This document shows positions 18,641-28,049 of a stretch of 64,000 nucleotides of DNA, in pieces. The notes beneath the pieces were generated by a model that searched no databases, was not told the origin of the DNA, and saw only the letters and a list, made by a program, of their open reading frames with translations. The stretch is taken from the NCBI GenBank assembly GCA_963745075.1, contig CAVUWV010000031.1:138251-202250 (forward strand). Reading direction: 5' to 3'. The first letter of the stretch is position 1; the number at the start of each line of letters is the position of its first letter. Source of the DNA: Candidatus Hydrogenedentota bacterium (GTDB lineage Bacteria; Hydrogenedentota; Hydrogenedentia; Hydrogenedentales; SLHB01). The position numbers were made by a program, and so were the translations under genes.

Positions 18641-19549
18641 ATGGACGATGGAGCCCCAAAAAGTGCATTAAGCCCGCTGCTGGACCGGTTTATGGAGTCG
18701 GCGGTGTTTGAGTCGGGTCTTGCCGAGGCGACACTGGCGGCGTACTCGGCGGATATTGCCACGTATCTTCAGTACCTGGAGTCGGTGGGGATTTCCGATT
18801 TGGACGCGGTAACGCGGGAACACGTGCTGGACCATCTGATCGCGCTGCGCAAAGAGGCGAAGTTGTCCGCGCGATCGGCGGCACGGCATCTCAGTGCCAT
18901 TCGCGGGTTCCATGCCTTTCTACGCGGCGAACGGCTTACCAACTCGGACCCGGCCGAGGGCTTCGACGCGCCCCGCCTGACGCGGGCCCTCCCCCACGTG
19001 CTGTCGTCGACCGATATCGAACGAATGCTGGAGATGCCGGACTGCTCGAAGCCCGAGGGCGTTCGCGATGCGGCCATCCTGGAATTGTTCTACTCGTGCG
19101 GCTTGCGCATCTCCGAACTGGCAAAGCTTCCGTTGCGGGACATGTCGCTGGAGGAAGGCGCGGTGCGCGTGCACGGCAAAGGGTCGAAGGTTCGCTTGGT
19201 CCCGCTGGGCCAGCGCGCCATGGAACGCATCCGTGCCTGGATTGGCGTACGGGGCTCCGGGAAGGTGCTGGACGATACGCTATTCCTCGGTTCCCGCGGG
19301 AAGCGGATGAGCCGAACGGGCGTCTGGCAGATCGTAAAGCGTTACGCGAGGTCTGCCAACATCCGGCAAAACGTGACGCCGCATATGTTACGGCATTCCT
19401 TCGCCACCCACTTGCTCGATAACGGCGCCGATCTCCGCGCCGTGCAGGAGATGCTCGGGCACTCCGATATTGCCACGACCCAGATATACACGCACGTCAG
19501 CGCGGATCGATTGAGCAGGGCGCACCGCGCATTTCATCCGCGCGCGTGA
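18641..19549 (+). CDS. xerD: Site-specific tyrosine recombinase XerD (XerC/D family)
   Basis: 'RDAAILELFYSCGLRISEL', 'HMLRHSFATHLL', 'LGHSDIATTQIYTHV' supply the R...HxxR...Y catalytic set; 302 aa. Confidence 0.9.
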   Translation: MDDGAPKSALSPLLDRFMESAVFESGLAEATLAAYSADIATYLQYLESVGISDLDAVTREHVLDHLIALRKEAKLSARSAARHLSAIRGFHAFLRGERLTNSDPAEGFDAPRLTRALPHVLSSTDIERMLEMPDCSKPEGVRDAAILELFYSCGLRISELAKLPLRDMSLEEGAVRVHGKGSKVRLVPLGQRAMERIRAWIGVRGSGKVLDDTLFLGSRGKRMSRTGVWQIVKRYARSANIRQNVTPHMLRHSFATHLLDNGADLRAVQEMLGHSDIATTQIYTHVSADRLSRAHRAFHPRA

Positions 19550-19622
19550 ATTGATGGGAATCGGTTCCGGACGGGTGTTGGGGGAAACACCGATCGAACG
19601 ACAAGCCCGGAGACCTTTACGA

Positions 19623-20828
19623 TTAACCGAGGAGGCTCGCCACGCGGTCGATCAGTTTTTCCGCCAACTCGTCTTTGGTCATGGTGGGAAGTTCGTCTAC
19701 GTTACCTTCGCGATCGACAAAGGCTGCGCTCGTGGTGTCCGTGCCGAAGCCCGAATCGGGGGTGTTCACTTGGTTCGCGACGATGAGGTCAAGGTTTTTC
19801 TTCTTCAGCTTCGCTTTGGCATTCTTGACGAGATCCTCGGTCTCGGCGGCAAATCCCACCACAATCTGTCGCGCCGTTCGCGCGGACCCCACCGCGCTCA
19901 GCACGTCGGGATTCTCCACCAAATCAAGTTGAAGTTTCTTACCGGTCTTCTTGCGTTTGCTTTCGGTCGGTGATTCGACCCGGTAGTCGCCCACCGCCGC
20001 GGCGGCGATAAACACGTCGCATTCGGGCGCGAGTTTCGCGACGGCTTGCGCCATTTCGGTGGCGGTTTCCACTGAAATAAGCCGGGCGTTGTGGGGCGCG
20101 GCGACTTCTGACGGTCCGCTGACAACGGTCACTTCCGCGCCCCGGGCGAGGGCCTCGATGGCGACGGCGCGGCCCATCTTGCCGGAGGAGCGGTTGCCAA
20201 TGAAGCGAACGGGATCGATGGATTCGTGGGTGGCGCCGCTGGTGATCAGGACGCGTTTCCCGGCGAGGTCCTTCTGTTCCCTCAGCAACGGGACACAGGC
20301 CTCGAGGATCGTCATGGGATCGATCAAGCGGCCGGGACCGACCGTACGGCACGCGAGGCGTCCGGAATCGGGACCAACAAAATGCGCGCCGCGCACGCGA
20401 AGCGTCGCGATGTTCTGCTGGGTTGCGGGGTGCAGATACATGTTGGTATTCATCGCCGGCGCAAAAAGGAGCGGCGCCCGGGTCGCCAGCAGCGTGGTGG
20501 TCAGCCAGTCGTCGGCGATTCCGTGGGCGGCTTTCGCGATGATGTTGGCCGTGGCGGGGGCGATGAGGTAGAGATCGGCACGCTGGGCGACGGCGATGTG
20601 TTCGACTTCCGGATTCTGCATCGGTTCGAACATCGCGGTAATCGCCCGGCGCCCGGCGATCGCCTCGAACGTCGCAGGGCCCACCAGTTCGGTTGCCGAC
20701 TTGGTGAGCACGGGGGTGACGCGGGCGCCCAGTTCCACCAAACGCGACGCCAGTTCGCAGGCTTTATAGGCCGCGATGGATCCGGTGACGCCGAGGACGA
20801 TTTCCTTATTCGAGAAATTCCTCTTCAT
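19623..20828 (-). CDS. coaBC: Bifunctional phosphopantothenoylcysteine decarboxylase / phosphopantothenate-cysteine ligase
   Basis: 'KEIVLGVTGSIAAYKA' flavoprotein domain and 'ITSGATHESIDPVRFIGNRSSGKMG' CoaB domain. Start set at ATG 20828 ('MKRNFSNKEIVLG'), overlapping the rpoZ 3' end. Confidence 0.93.
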   Translation of the reverse strand: MKRNFSNKEIVLGVTGSIAAYKACELASRLVELGARVTPVLTKSATELVGPATFEAIAGRRAITAMFEPMQNPEVEHIAVAQRADLYLIAPATANIIAKAAHGIADDWLTTTLLATRAPLLFAPAMNTNMYLHPATQQNIATLRVRGAHFVGPDSGRLACRTVGPGRLIDPMTILEACVPLLREQKDLAGKRVLITSGATHESIDPVRFIGNRSSGKMGRAVAIEALARGAEVTVVSGPSEVAAPHNARLISVETATEMAQAVAKLAPECDVFIAAAAVGDYRVESPTESKRKKTGKKLQLDLVENPDVLSAVGSARTARQIVVGFAAETEDLVKNAKAKLKKKNLDLIVANQVNTPDSGFGTDTTSAAFVDREGNVDELPTMTKDELAEKLIDRVASLLG

Positions 20829-21027
20829 CCGTTCCGCCGATCCGGGCTTTGACCTTGCCCTGCAACACTTCTTCGAGGGCCACGATCGTCGGCTTCTTGG
20901 ACCGCACGGGGACGAGCGGCCGCGAATCCGGCTTGGAGATCTGAGACGCACGGCGCGCCGCCAGAATCACCAGCCGGTAGAGGCTGTCGATCTTGTCATC
21001 AAACTGTTCTACGGATATCTTGCTCAT
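20806..21027 (-). CDS. rpoZ: DNA-directed RNA polymerase subunit omega
   Basis: 73 aa containing 'IDSLYRLVILAARRASQI', in the conserved gmk-rpoZ context. Confidence 0.9.
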   Translation of the reverse strand: MSKISVEQFDDKIDSLYRLVILAARRASQISKPDSRPLVPVRSKKPTIVALEEVLQGKVKARIGGTDEEEFLE

Positions 21028-21085
21028 GGTTCCTCCAACTCAGGGTCTATTGTCGTTCAATTGCGCCGGCCCACGCTTGGAGCGC

Positions 21086-21697
21086 TCAGGGCTGGCGATG
21101 GGCCCGGCATCGCTCCGCGCGAACGATTGCGGCTAAGTCCTGAACGGCTTCGTCCAGGTGCTCGTTCACGATGACGTAGTCGTATTCGCGCCGGGCGGCG
21201 ATCTCCGCGTTTGCGTTGGCCAGACGCAATTCGATCACGTCCGGTTTATCCGTTCCGCGTTTCGTCAGGCGCCTTTCAAGTTCTTCCGGGGACGGCGCCA
21301 TGACGAATACGCTGACCATATCCAGTCCGCGGGCTTTCAAGTTGCGCATGCCCTGCACGTCCAACTCGAGCACCGTGTCTTCTCCGGAGGCAGTGAGGCG
21401 CTCCAGCTCATCTTGCAGCGTGCCGTACAGGTTCCCGTGAACTTCGGCCCACTCGACAAAGTCGCCCGTCGCGACCCGGCGCTCGAAGGCCTCCCGGTCC
21501 AGGAAGTAATAATCCACGCCTTCCACTTCACCGCTGCGTGGCGGCCGCGTCGTCGCAGAAACTGAATAGCCCAACCGGAGGTCCTTGTCGAAGACCCCTT
21601 TCAGGACGGTTCGTTTCCCGGCTCCCGAAGGGGCGGACAGCACGAAGACAATGCCACGCCGCGCGGGCCCGGCGGTATTTTCTTGCGAGGGACTCAC
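21086..21697 (-). CDS. gmk: Guanylate kinase
   Basis: P-loop 'VLSAPSGAGKRTV', 'YSVSATTRPPRSGEVEGVDYYF', 'EWAEVHGNLYGT'. Confidence 0.96.
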   Translation of the reverse strand: MSPSQENTAGPARRGIVFVLSAPSGAGKRTVLKGVFDKDLRLGYSVSATTRPPRSGEVEGVDYYFLDREAFERRVATGDFVEWAEVHGNLYGTLQDELERLTASGEDTVLELDVQGMRNLKARGLDMVSVFVMAPSPEELERRLTKRGTDKPDVIELRLANANAEIAARREYDYVIVNEHLDEAVQDLAAIVRAERCRAHRQP

Positions 21698-21706
21698 CGC
21701 TGCCGC

Positions 21707-22585
21707 TCACTCGATGTTTTGAATCTGCTCGCGGATCTTCTCCAACTCGGCTTTCAGATCCAGCACTTCTTTGGCAACGTTAGCGTCGCGCGTCTTGACG
21801 CCCAAGGTATTCACCTCGCGCTGAATCTCCTGGCTGAGAAAATCCAGGCGCCGGCCGATGGAGTCCTTCGACGAAAGGATTTCCTCCATGTGCTCGAGGT
21901 GGGTTTTGAAGCGCACCACTTCTTCGGTCACGTCACTCTTCTCGGCCATGAGCGCCACTTCGATGGCGATCCGTTCCTCGGTCAACCCGGCTTCCACGTT
22001 CAATTCATGGATGCGCGTGCGCAGACGGGTTTCGTAGGCCTCGTTCAATTCCGGCAGTCGCTCCTCGATAGAGGAAAGCGTCCCGCGCATGGACGCCAGC
22101 CGGCCTCGGATATCGTCTTCGAGGGCTTTCCCTTCGGTGCTGCGCATGGCGTCGAGCTTTTCCAGCGCGGCTTCGAGCACACCGACAAGCGTCGACTCGA
22201 CGGCGTCGAGATCCTCTTCCGAGTCTTCCTGAAAGATTACGCCTTCCATCTGGACCAGCACATTGAGCGAAAGCGTTTCAAACGTGCCCAGTATGGCACT
22301 AAGTTGTTTTGCTGCTTCCAGATACTGGTTCGCCAACGCCTGGTCGAAACGGATGGCCCGATTGGATGACTCTCCCCGGCGCCGGTTTACGGTAACGTTG
22401 ATCTTTCCCCGCGCGATGTGTTTTCGAATGGTCTGTTTTATAACCGGGTCCAGCGCCGACCATGCGGGGGGCATCCGCAGGTTACAGTCCAGGTACCGGC
22501 CATTTACGGAACTTAACTCGACGGTAAGCATCTGTCCGTCGAATTCTCCCGTGGCCTTGCCGAAGCCGGTCATACTTCGTGACAT
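21707..22585 (-). CDS. yicC: YicC-family stress-induced protein (endoribonuclease YicC-like)
   Basis: 'MTGFGKA' N-terminus, 'SDVTEEVVRFKTHLEHM', 'QEIQREVNTLGVK'; 292 aa, upstream of gmk as in many bacteria. Confidence 0.9.
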   Translation of the reverse strand: MSRSMTGFGKATGEFDGQMLTVELSSVNGRYLDCNLRMPPAWSALDPVIKQTIRKHIARGKINVTVNRRRGESSNRAIRFDQALANQYLEAAKQLSAILGTFETLSLNVLVQMEGVIFQEDSEEDLDAVESTLVGVLEAALEKLDAMRSTEGKALEDDIRGRLASMRGTLSSIEERLPELNEAYETRLRTRIHELNVEAGLTEERIAIEVALMAEKSDVTEEVVRFKTHLEHMEEILSSKDSIGRRLDFLSQEIQREVNTLGVKTRDANVAKEVLDLKAELEKIREQIQNIE

Positions 22586-22709
22586 GAATTATCCCACTGT
22601 GATTTGGAAACTTAGAGAAAAAGCATCGAACCGGGAGTATAGCGTATTTTTGCCGGTTGCCGCAACTGGCGGTAACTGACGGCATGTAATTGCGCGGGCC
22701 CGAATCGAT

Positions 22710-23519
22710 GTGCTATTCAATGACATCGGCCCATTTCCAAGGAGTAAAGTCCCAATGACGTGCAAAACCGCCTATACCGGACGATCTGGAATCGTGCGGG
22801 AATCCCGCGTCCCTCGGCAGCGAAGACTTTTCAGTAGCCGTATCGCATTGGCTTCACTGGCCTTGTGCAGTGTTCTCAGGTGCGGCGGCGATTCGGGGGT
22901 GCAACTTGCAGGGTCAATGCCGGTGGAGCCTGGGACGGTTGAAACCGTCTCTATCACTCCGATCGAGCCGCCCGAGCCGGGCAACCTCATCCGAAACGGG
23001 GATTTCAAGGAATGGCAAGCGGGAACCTCGGCCCCCGACTATTTCATGGCGCCAGACGCCGGCCATGCGTACTCAACGCTGGAGCGTGCAACTGGACCGG
23101 ACGGCGAGGAGACGGCCGTTAAGCAGACTTGGCAGACGAGCGACGCGTTGGACTCGTACACGAACGTGTTTCGCACCTGGGTGACAGGCCTGCGCCCAAA
23201 CACGCGGTACGAGATGACGATTCGGGCGAACAACCCATCGCGAAACGATCTGCTCCTACGGGCGTTCCAATACAATGCGCGAAGCCCGGCCGAGGCGGAA
23301 TTGATGACGGAGAAGCCGGAGGTACTGGGTGGGATTCCAATCGGCCACACGGAAGGATTTACGGAGTCCAAATTTGCGTTCACCACAAACGACACGCGGG
23401 AGTTTTGCCTGCTGATCGCGGTGAAAAACAATGCACCTGAAGGGACGTTCCCGGCTTCGTGTGTCTGGGACGCGTGGCGCCTGGTAGAAGCGCCTGCCGT
23501 GGGACCGGACTCGCCATGA
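22710..23519 (+). CDS. Exported hypothetical protein with a carbohydrate-binding-module-like (jelly-roll) region
   Basis: Signal-like 'RIALASLALCSVLRCGG', then 'NLIRNGDFKEWQAG...' as seen at the start of CBM4/9-type modules. Start uncertain (ATG 22755 possible). Confidence 0.55.
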   Translation: MLFNDIGPFPRSKVPMTCKTAYTGRSGIVRESRVPRQRRLFSSRIALASLALCSVLRCGGDSGVQLAGSMPVEPGTVETVSITPIEPPEPGNLIRNGDFKEWQAGTSAPDYFMAPDAGHAYSTLERATGPDGEETAVKQTWQTSDALDSYTNVFRTWVTGLRPNTRYEMTIRANNPSRNDLLLRAFQYNARSPAEAELMTEKPEVLGGIPIGHTEGFTESKFAFTTNDTREFCLLIAVKNNAPEGTFPASCVWDAWRLVEAPAVGPDSP

Positions 23520-23544
23520 TGACGGCTGTGCCCGCTCGCGCGTC

Positions 23545-24639
23545 ATGAAAGTCGTTCTATTCAGCGATCGGCCTGAAAACTTCGCCGGAACCCGCAGCCG
23601 GGTATTGAAATTCGCGGAGATGCTCCGCGCGGAAGGACACCGGTGCACGGTATGCCTTCCCTTCGGCCACGCGCTACGTGCGCAACTGTACGACGGCCGT
23701 TCCAAGGTCTCCAAATTGCTCTATCTCGCCCTTGTTTTTCTGCTTCGCATCGGGCAGTTGCGACACGTCCCGGGCGCCGATGTGGTGTTCTTCCGCGGGT
23801 TGGCATTTCCGTACGGGCCACCGGTTTTGGAGCGATGCGCCCGGCTGATGAACCGGCGAATCGTAGTGGATCTGGATGATGCCATATGGGAGCCCGCGGC
23901 GTATGTGGATAGTCCCTTCGCGCGCCTGGTCGACGCAGGCTGGACGCGCAAGATGTGCCGCATCTCCGCACACGTCATCGCAGGAAACGCCTATATTGCC
24001 ACGTATACACGGCAATTCAACTCGAACGTGACCATTATCCCGACGTGCGTGGACATGGATACGCATAGGGCAAAACGGCTGAAGACGAACGATGCCGATC
24101 AGCCCGTCGTGCTGGGGTGGACCGGCCTGTATTCCAACCTCGGCTACCTGAACGCGATCGAGGAGCCGCTGCGCGCGTTGGCGAAGCGCCAGTCCATCAC
24201 GCTGATGATTGCTTCCAACCGCGATTACACACTGGAAGGAGTGGACGTGGTCAATCACCGTTGGGTGCTGGAGAAGGAGATTGATTATCTCCAGGAACCG
24301 GATATCGGGCTTATGCCGCTGATCGATTCGGAGCGCGCGAAAGGCAAATGCGCGTACAAGGCGCTGGAGTTCATGTCGGTGGGGACCCCCTGCGTGATAT
24401 CGCCGGTGGGTATGAACGCGGAAGTCATCGAAGACGGGGTCAACGGGTTCCTTGCATCGACACCGGCGGATTGGACGGAACGGCTGGAGCGCCTGATCGT
24501 CGATACGGATCTCCGCCACCGGATGGGCGAAGCGGCCCGAACCACGGTGCGGGAGCGCTATTCCCACGCGGTTCATTACCCCACGTTCAAGCGGGTCATG
24601 GAGACCGTCGCGGTCGGGCCGGGAGCCGGTCGATCGTGA
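23545..24639 (+). CDS. Glycosyltransferase family 1/4
   Basis: 364 aa. C-terminal 'PDIGLMPLIDSERAKGKCAYKALEFMSVGTPCVISPVGMNAEVIEDGVNGFL' (GT-B, EX7E-type region). Confidence 0.85.
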   Translation: MKVVLFSDRPENFAGTRSRVLKFAEMLRAEGHRCTVCLPFGHALRAQLYDGRSKVSKLLYLALVFLLRIGQLRHVPGADVVFFRGLAFPYGPPVLERCARLMNRRIVVDLDDAIWEPAAYVDSPFARLVDAGWTRKMCRISAHVIAGNAYIATYTRQFNSNVTIIPTCVDMDTHRAKRLKTNDADQPVVLGWTGLYSNLGYLNAIEEPLRALAKRQSITLMIASNRDYTLEGVDVVNHRWVLEKEIDYLQEPDIGLMPLIDSERAKGKCAYKALEFMSVGTPCVISPVGMNAEVIEDGVNGFLASTPADWTERLERLIVDTDLRHRMGEAARTTVRERYSHAVHYPTFKRVMETVAVGPGAGRS

Positions 24640-25865
24640 GCGGCGCGGACTTCGCAGAGAACTGGGTCCAACTTCTGGAAGACTGGATCCGCAACCGCGG
24701 ACTGGGAGGGTACGACCGCTTCGACGTGCGGGCTCATCCGCTCATTCGCGCGGCGCAACCGCGTCCCCTGGCGCGCAAGATCACCACCGGGCTGACGGAC
24801 CTCTTCCCCACGCTTTCACGGCGCACGCTTGGGATTGCGCCGCAGCACAACGCGAAGGCCTACGCGCTGGTCGCGCTGGGAAACCTGCGGCGGTATCAAA
24901 CCACGGGCGAACAAGCGCACTTGGACACGGCGCGGAAGCATCTGCAATGGCTGCTGGACCATCCGAGTGAGGGCTACGCGGGAATCTGCTGGGGGTACCC
25001 TTTCGACGTGTTTGCGAAGGGGTTGGATACGCCCCGGCACACGCCGGTTGTGGTGGTGAGCGCCATCGCCGGCGAGGCGTTCACGCTGGCGTGGCAAATC
25101 ACGCGGGACGAGACGTATCGCACGACGACGCGGTCGATCGCGCGTTTCATGGAAGTCGATATCCCTCACCTGGACTGGACAGACGGCACGTACTGTTTTG
25201 CGTATACGCCCGGCGATCGGCGGCGCGTGCACAACGCCAGCCTTCACGCGGCCGGGCACCTCGTGCGGACCAGCGCCATCACGGGTGAAGCGGGCCTGCT
25301 GGAACTGGCACGGCCGGCCATCGAGTTTACCTTGAACGGCCAGCGGGACGACGGTGCGTGGCCGTATGGGGTCCACGCGCCGGAGGACCCGTATGAGGCG
25401 AAACTGTTGTCGCTCGTGGATCATCACCATACAGGATTTGTGCTGCGTTCTCTTTTTGAGATCGATTCAATCCTCCATGATGCCCGAATTCGAGAAAGTG
25501 TTATTAAGGGATTTCAATTCTATCGCGAGCGGCTTTTCGACCGGGATGGGGCGCCCATCACCACCTATGGCCGATACCCTATCGACATCCATGCCTGTGC
25601 GGAGGGAATCCTGTGCCCGACTGTCCTGTCGGCGCGGGATGCTGAAGCGCTATCGATTGCAGAACGGACCATGCGTTGGACTCGGGCCAATCTGAGTCGA
25701 CCCGATACGGGCGTTCCCTACTACCGGAAATACCCCCTGTTCACGTCGCGCCTGTATTGTCCGCGCTGGGGCCTGGCTTGGATCTACTACGCCCTCTGCG
25801 AGTATCTGTTTGTCGCGGACGCGCGACGAGCGTTGGATTCGTTCCCGAAGGTTTCACTACACTGA
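24636..25865 (+). CDS. Hypothetical protein (possible alpha/alpha-toroid fold) in the glycosyltransferase cluster
   Basis: GTG 24636 forms a GTGA overlap with the GT stop. The upstream part of the 505-aa ORF (24348-) runs inside the GT gene in another frame and is discarded. No motif recognised with confidence. Confidence 0.6.
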   Translation: MSGADFAENWVQLLEDWIRNRGLGGYDRFDVRAHPLIRAAQPRPLARKITTGLTDLFPTLSRRTLGIAPQHNAKAYALVALGNLRRYQTTGEQAHLDTARKHLQWLLDHPSEGYAGICWGYPFDVFAKGLDTPRHTPVVVVSAIAGEAFTLAWQITRDETYRTTTRSIARFMEVDIPHLDWTDGTYCFAYTPGDRRRVHNASLHAAGHLVRTSAITGEAGLLELARPAIEFTLNGQRDDGAWPYGVHAPEDPYEAKLLSLVDHHHTGFVLRSLFEIDSILHDARIRESVIKGFQFYRERLFDRDGAPITTYGRYPIDIHACAEGILCPTVLSARDAEALSIAERTMRWTRANLSRPDTGVPYYRKYPLFTSRLYCPRWGLAWIYYALCEYLFVADARRALDSFPKVSLH

Positions 25866-25884
25866 CCGCTCACGCGGGGGTTGA

Positions 25885-26751
25885 ATGGAATACGGCAGCA
25901 AACAATGGTTCGAGTATATGTTTTCGCGGGCGGCGCAGGGCGAGGACTTGTGGGGTCATCAGTGGCGCGCGATTCAGAAGTACCGCTACCTGCTCACGCT
26001 GTCGCTGGTGCGGGACCGGCTCGCCGAACGGGGCGGCCAGCGTATTCTCGACGTGGGTTGCGGTCTGGGCGACTTTACCGCGTTGATGCATGGGCAGAAT
26101 CCCGGGAACAACGTCTTCGGCACGGATATTGTGGAAACCGCGGTGGAGTCCGCGTCGCGGGCCCATCCCGAGATCCGGTTCTCTGTGGGTGTGTTGCCGG
26201 ACATTCCGGTAGAGGGCCCGTTCGACGGAATCGCGGCGCTGGAGTGCATCAACTACCTGGACCCCGACGCACGTCAACAGACGATGCACAACGTTGCTGC
26301 GAAACTGACGGATGGCGGCTGGTTCCTGTTTTCCGGGCACTTAGGGCAAGACTCGGGCGACCGGCGCTATTTCTCGGAAGCGGACGTGATCGCGTACCTC
26401 GAGGCTGCGGGTTTTCGCATCGAACAGAAGACGCACAACTACGCGGTGCTGTACAACAAGTTGGAATCCCCCTTTCTGCGCGTCATCAACCTTTCCGCTA
26501 AGCTCGATGCTGCGAAGAGAGGAACACCGCCCGATTCGCCCAGGATCGCGCGTATTGTGAAAGCGCTCTCCACGCCGGTAGCAGGCCCCGTGCTGCATGT
26601 TGCCGCACGGACTTCAGCCGCGCTATGCCGCGTATTCTTGAAAATTCTTCAACCTGTAGCGTTCATTCGACTCACTCAGAGAATCAGCCGCGGTTTGCTC
26701 GGGGACCGGGGTAAGTCACATGTCATCGTGCTTGGGGTCAAACGGTCATGA
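25885..26751 (+). CDS. Class I SAM-dependent methyltransferase
   Basis: Motif I 'RILDVGCGLGDFT', post-I 'VFGTDI', motif II-like 'FDGIAALECINYL'. Confidence 0.85.
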   Translation: MEYGSKQWFEYMFSRAAQGEDLWGHQWRAIQKYRYLLTLSLVRDRLAERGGQRILDVGCGLGDFTALMHGQNPGNNVFGTDIVETAVESASRAHPEIRFSVGVLPDIPVEGPFDGIAALECINYLDPDARQQTMHNVAAKLTDGGWFLFSGHLGQDSGDRRYFSEADVIAYLEAAGFRIEQKTHNYAVLYNKLESPFLRVINLSAKLDAAKRGTPPDSPRIARIVKALSTPVAGPVLHVAARTSAALCRVFLKILQPVAFIRLTQRISRGLLGDRGKSHVIVLGVKRS

Positions 26752-26800
26752 CAATGCGCGAATGTCAAAGTCGCAAGGCGATCCATGAAGGATTGAAATC

Positions 26801-27952
26801 ATGGCGGCCAAGATAATCACGCTCCTCCACGATGACTGGGAGATCCGCGGGAACGGCCTGGGTAATGTGGCGCACCTGCAGTATGTCCCGGCCCTGGCGT
26901 TGATGCGGCTCGCGAAGGACACGGGCATTACGCTCACGTTCATGGCGGAGCTGGGGCAACAATTGGCGTTTCGCCGCTTCGCCGACCGGGACCGCAATCT
27001 GGGAATCCAGGCAACCTTATGGGAAGAATGTGTCGGCCTGATTGCGGCCGAAGGGTTTGATATCCAACCGCACATTCATCCCCATTGGTTCCGAAGCCGG
27101 TACGAAGCCGGGTTCATTCATGTTGACCGCAATTGGAACTTGGCGACGTATGAAGACGACGAGCGGCGGACGATCCTCCACGAATCCTTTGCGTACCTGA
27201 CTGAAACCGTGCAACGAGCGAATCCGGCCTATGAAATCAACACGTTCAAGGCGGGATCTCACGCACTGCAACCATCCCTGAATTTCCTCTCGGACTTGAA
27301 AGATGAGGGCATCCACGTCGTCATGGGTCCCCGGAAAGGGATGAAGACGTTAAACGCCGAGTTCGCGATCGATTATCGCACACTCGAGGAGGGCACGCTC
27401 CCCTACCACCCCGATTTCGAGGATGTCACCAAGGTTGGAGAGGATCGGGGCCTGATTGTCCTGCCGATGACATATTGGGATATGGATCTCGCGGGCAAGA
27501 TGCACTTAATCATGCGCAGACTTTCGCCCCGTCTCCTTATGGCGGGAAGGCGGAACCGGTATCCCTACCACGGAGACGTACCGGATACCATTCGACGGTT
27601 GAATCCTCGCGTCGATCAAAGCGAATCGGCATTCGTGCGTAAACTTCTTAAACCGTATCGAACGGGGTTGAATCTGGCCGGACCGCAGACCTTCGGGGAG
27701 TTGAAGCACACGCTCGACGCAATGGTGGATCGCCTCCGGCGCACCGAGACCGAATCGGCGCCGCTGGTTATCGAAAGTCACAGCAAGGATCATGAGGGCA
27801 ACTGGGAAACGTTGAGGCGATTTTTTGCTTATATGGTGGAACGGTACAGTTCGATCATGGAATTCATGACGCTCACGCAGTTCAGCGCGCTCCTCGCCGC
27901 GCACCCGACGATGGCGCGTAGTGCGCCCGATTGGGGGCCTGGCCGTGATTAA
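26801..27952 (+). CDS. Hypothetical protein (possible polysaccharide deacetylase/esterase-like fold)
   Basis: 383-aa ORF with coding-like composition. His-rich 'QPHIHPHWF' could be a metal site. Functional call is weak. Confidence 0.5.
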   Translation: MAAKIITLLHDDWEIRGNGLGNVAHLQYVPALALMRLAKDTGITLTFMAELGQQLAFRRFADRDRNLGIQATLWEECVGLIAAEGFDIQPHIHPHWFRSRYEAGFIHVDRNWNLATYEDDERRTILHESFAYLTETVQRANPAYEINTFKAGSHALQPSLNFLSDLKDEGIHVVMGPRKGMKTLNAEFAIDYRTLEEGTLPYHPDFEDVTKVGEDRGLIVLPMTYWDMDLAGKMHLIMRRLSPRLLMAGRRNRYPYHGDVPDTIRRLNPRVDQSESAFVRKLLKPYRTGLNLAGPQTFGELKHTLDAMVDRLRRTETESAPLVIESHSKDHEGNWETLRRFFAYMVERYSSIMEFMTLTQFSALLAAHPTMARSAPDWGPGRD

Positions 27953-28049
27953 AACGAGCGGCTGCGTTCTGCAAGCGAGTCCGTGGTGTATGCCATGATT
28001 CGGTTTTGCATGGGCTGTCGTGCGATAGTGGTGAGATTGGATTCTGAAC